Shown piece by piece: positions 63,918-64,000 of a DNA stretch of 64,000 nucleotides; the stretch's first letter is position 1, and the number at the start of each line of letters is the position of its first letter. The DNA lies in contig NIVC01002216.1 of NCBI GenBank assembly GCA_002269645.1, positions 127,655-191,654 of the forward strand. Direction: 5' to 3'. This DNA is from Macrostomum lignano. Lineage: Eukaryota. Made by a program: the position numbers and the translations under genes. The notes under the pieces are model-generated. The model ran no database searches, was not told where the DNA came from, and saw only the letters and a list, made by a program, of their open reading frames with translations.

Positions 63918-64000
63918 AATGCCTATTATCTTTGTGAAGGCTTTATTCTGTTGTGTCCTTTTGTTACTTTTGAAAAAAAGAGATTCATAGCAAACATCTT

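Overview
Eukaryotic (metazoan) genomic DNA. It has GC-rich exons, short GT-AG introns and very dense micro/minisatellites; the style suggests the flatworm Macrostomum, but that is inference only. Spliced gene models were built by hand and phase-checked: two small secreted low-complexity proteins (3.7-8.5 kb), an EF-hand protein (9.8-13.9 kb), an Njmu-R1/C17orf75 homolog (18.3-24.8 kb, minus), an intronless DEG/ENaC channel (32.2-34.1 kb, minus), an SLC13/INDY transporter (38.9-42.2 kb), a compact collagen XV/XVIII multiplexin with endostatin (44.6-49.2 kb), an IRS/chico-like PH-PTB adaptor (54.0-56.2 kb, minus) and a secreted discoidin plus C-type-lectin-like protein that runs off the right edge. 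Mobile DNA comprises a Ty3/Gypsy 5' half with LTR and PBS, two copies of an RNase H-bearing LINE, RTE remnants, a complete tRNA-derived SINE with target-site duplication, a TRIM-like LTR element and foldback/MITE elements. About 14 unrelated tandem-repeat arrays are present, many filling introns. The most notable signals are: (1) a ~3.5 kb intronic domain whose retroelements carry polarised C:G->T:A changes at CpG and also CpA/TpG (RIP-like), with a less-mutated sister copy in the window for comparison; (2) a 3.1 kb 49-bp array whose palindromic arm-spacer-arm motif is flipped in both terminal units; (3) a SINE that shares its 3' tail with the LINE in the same window. Most long ORFs in the supplied track are tandem-repeat artefacts. 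No CRISPR array or rRNA was found.
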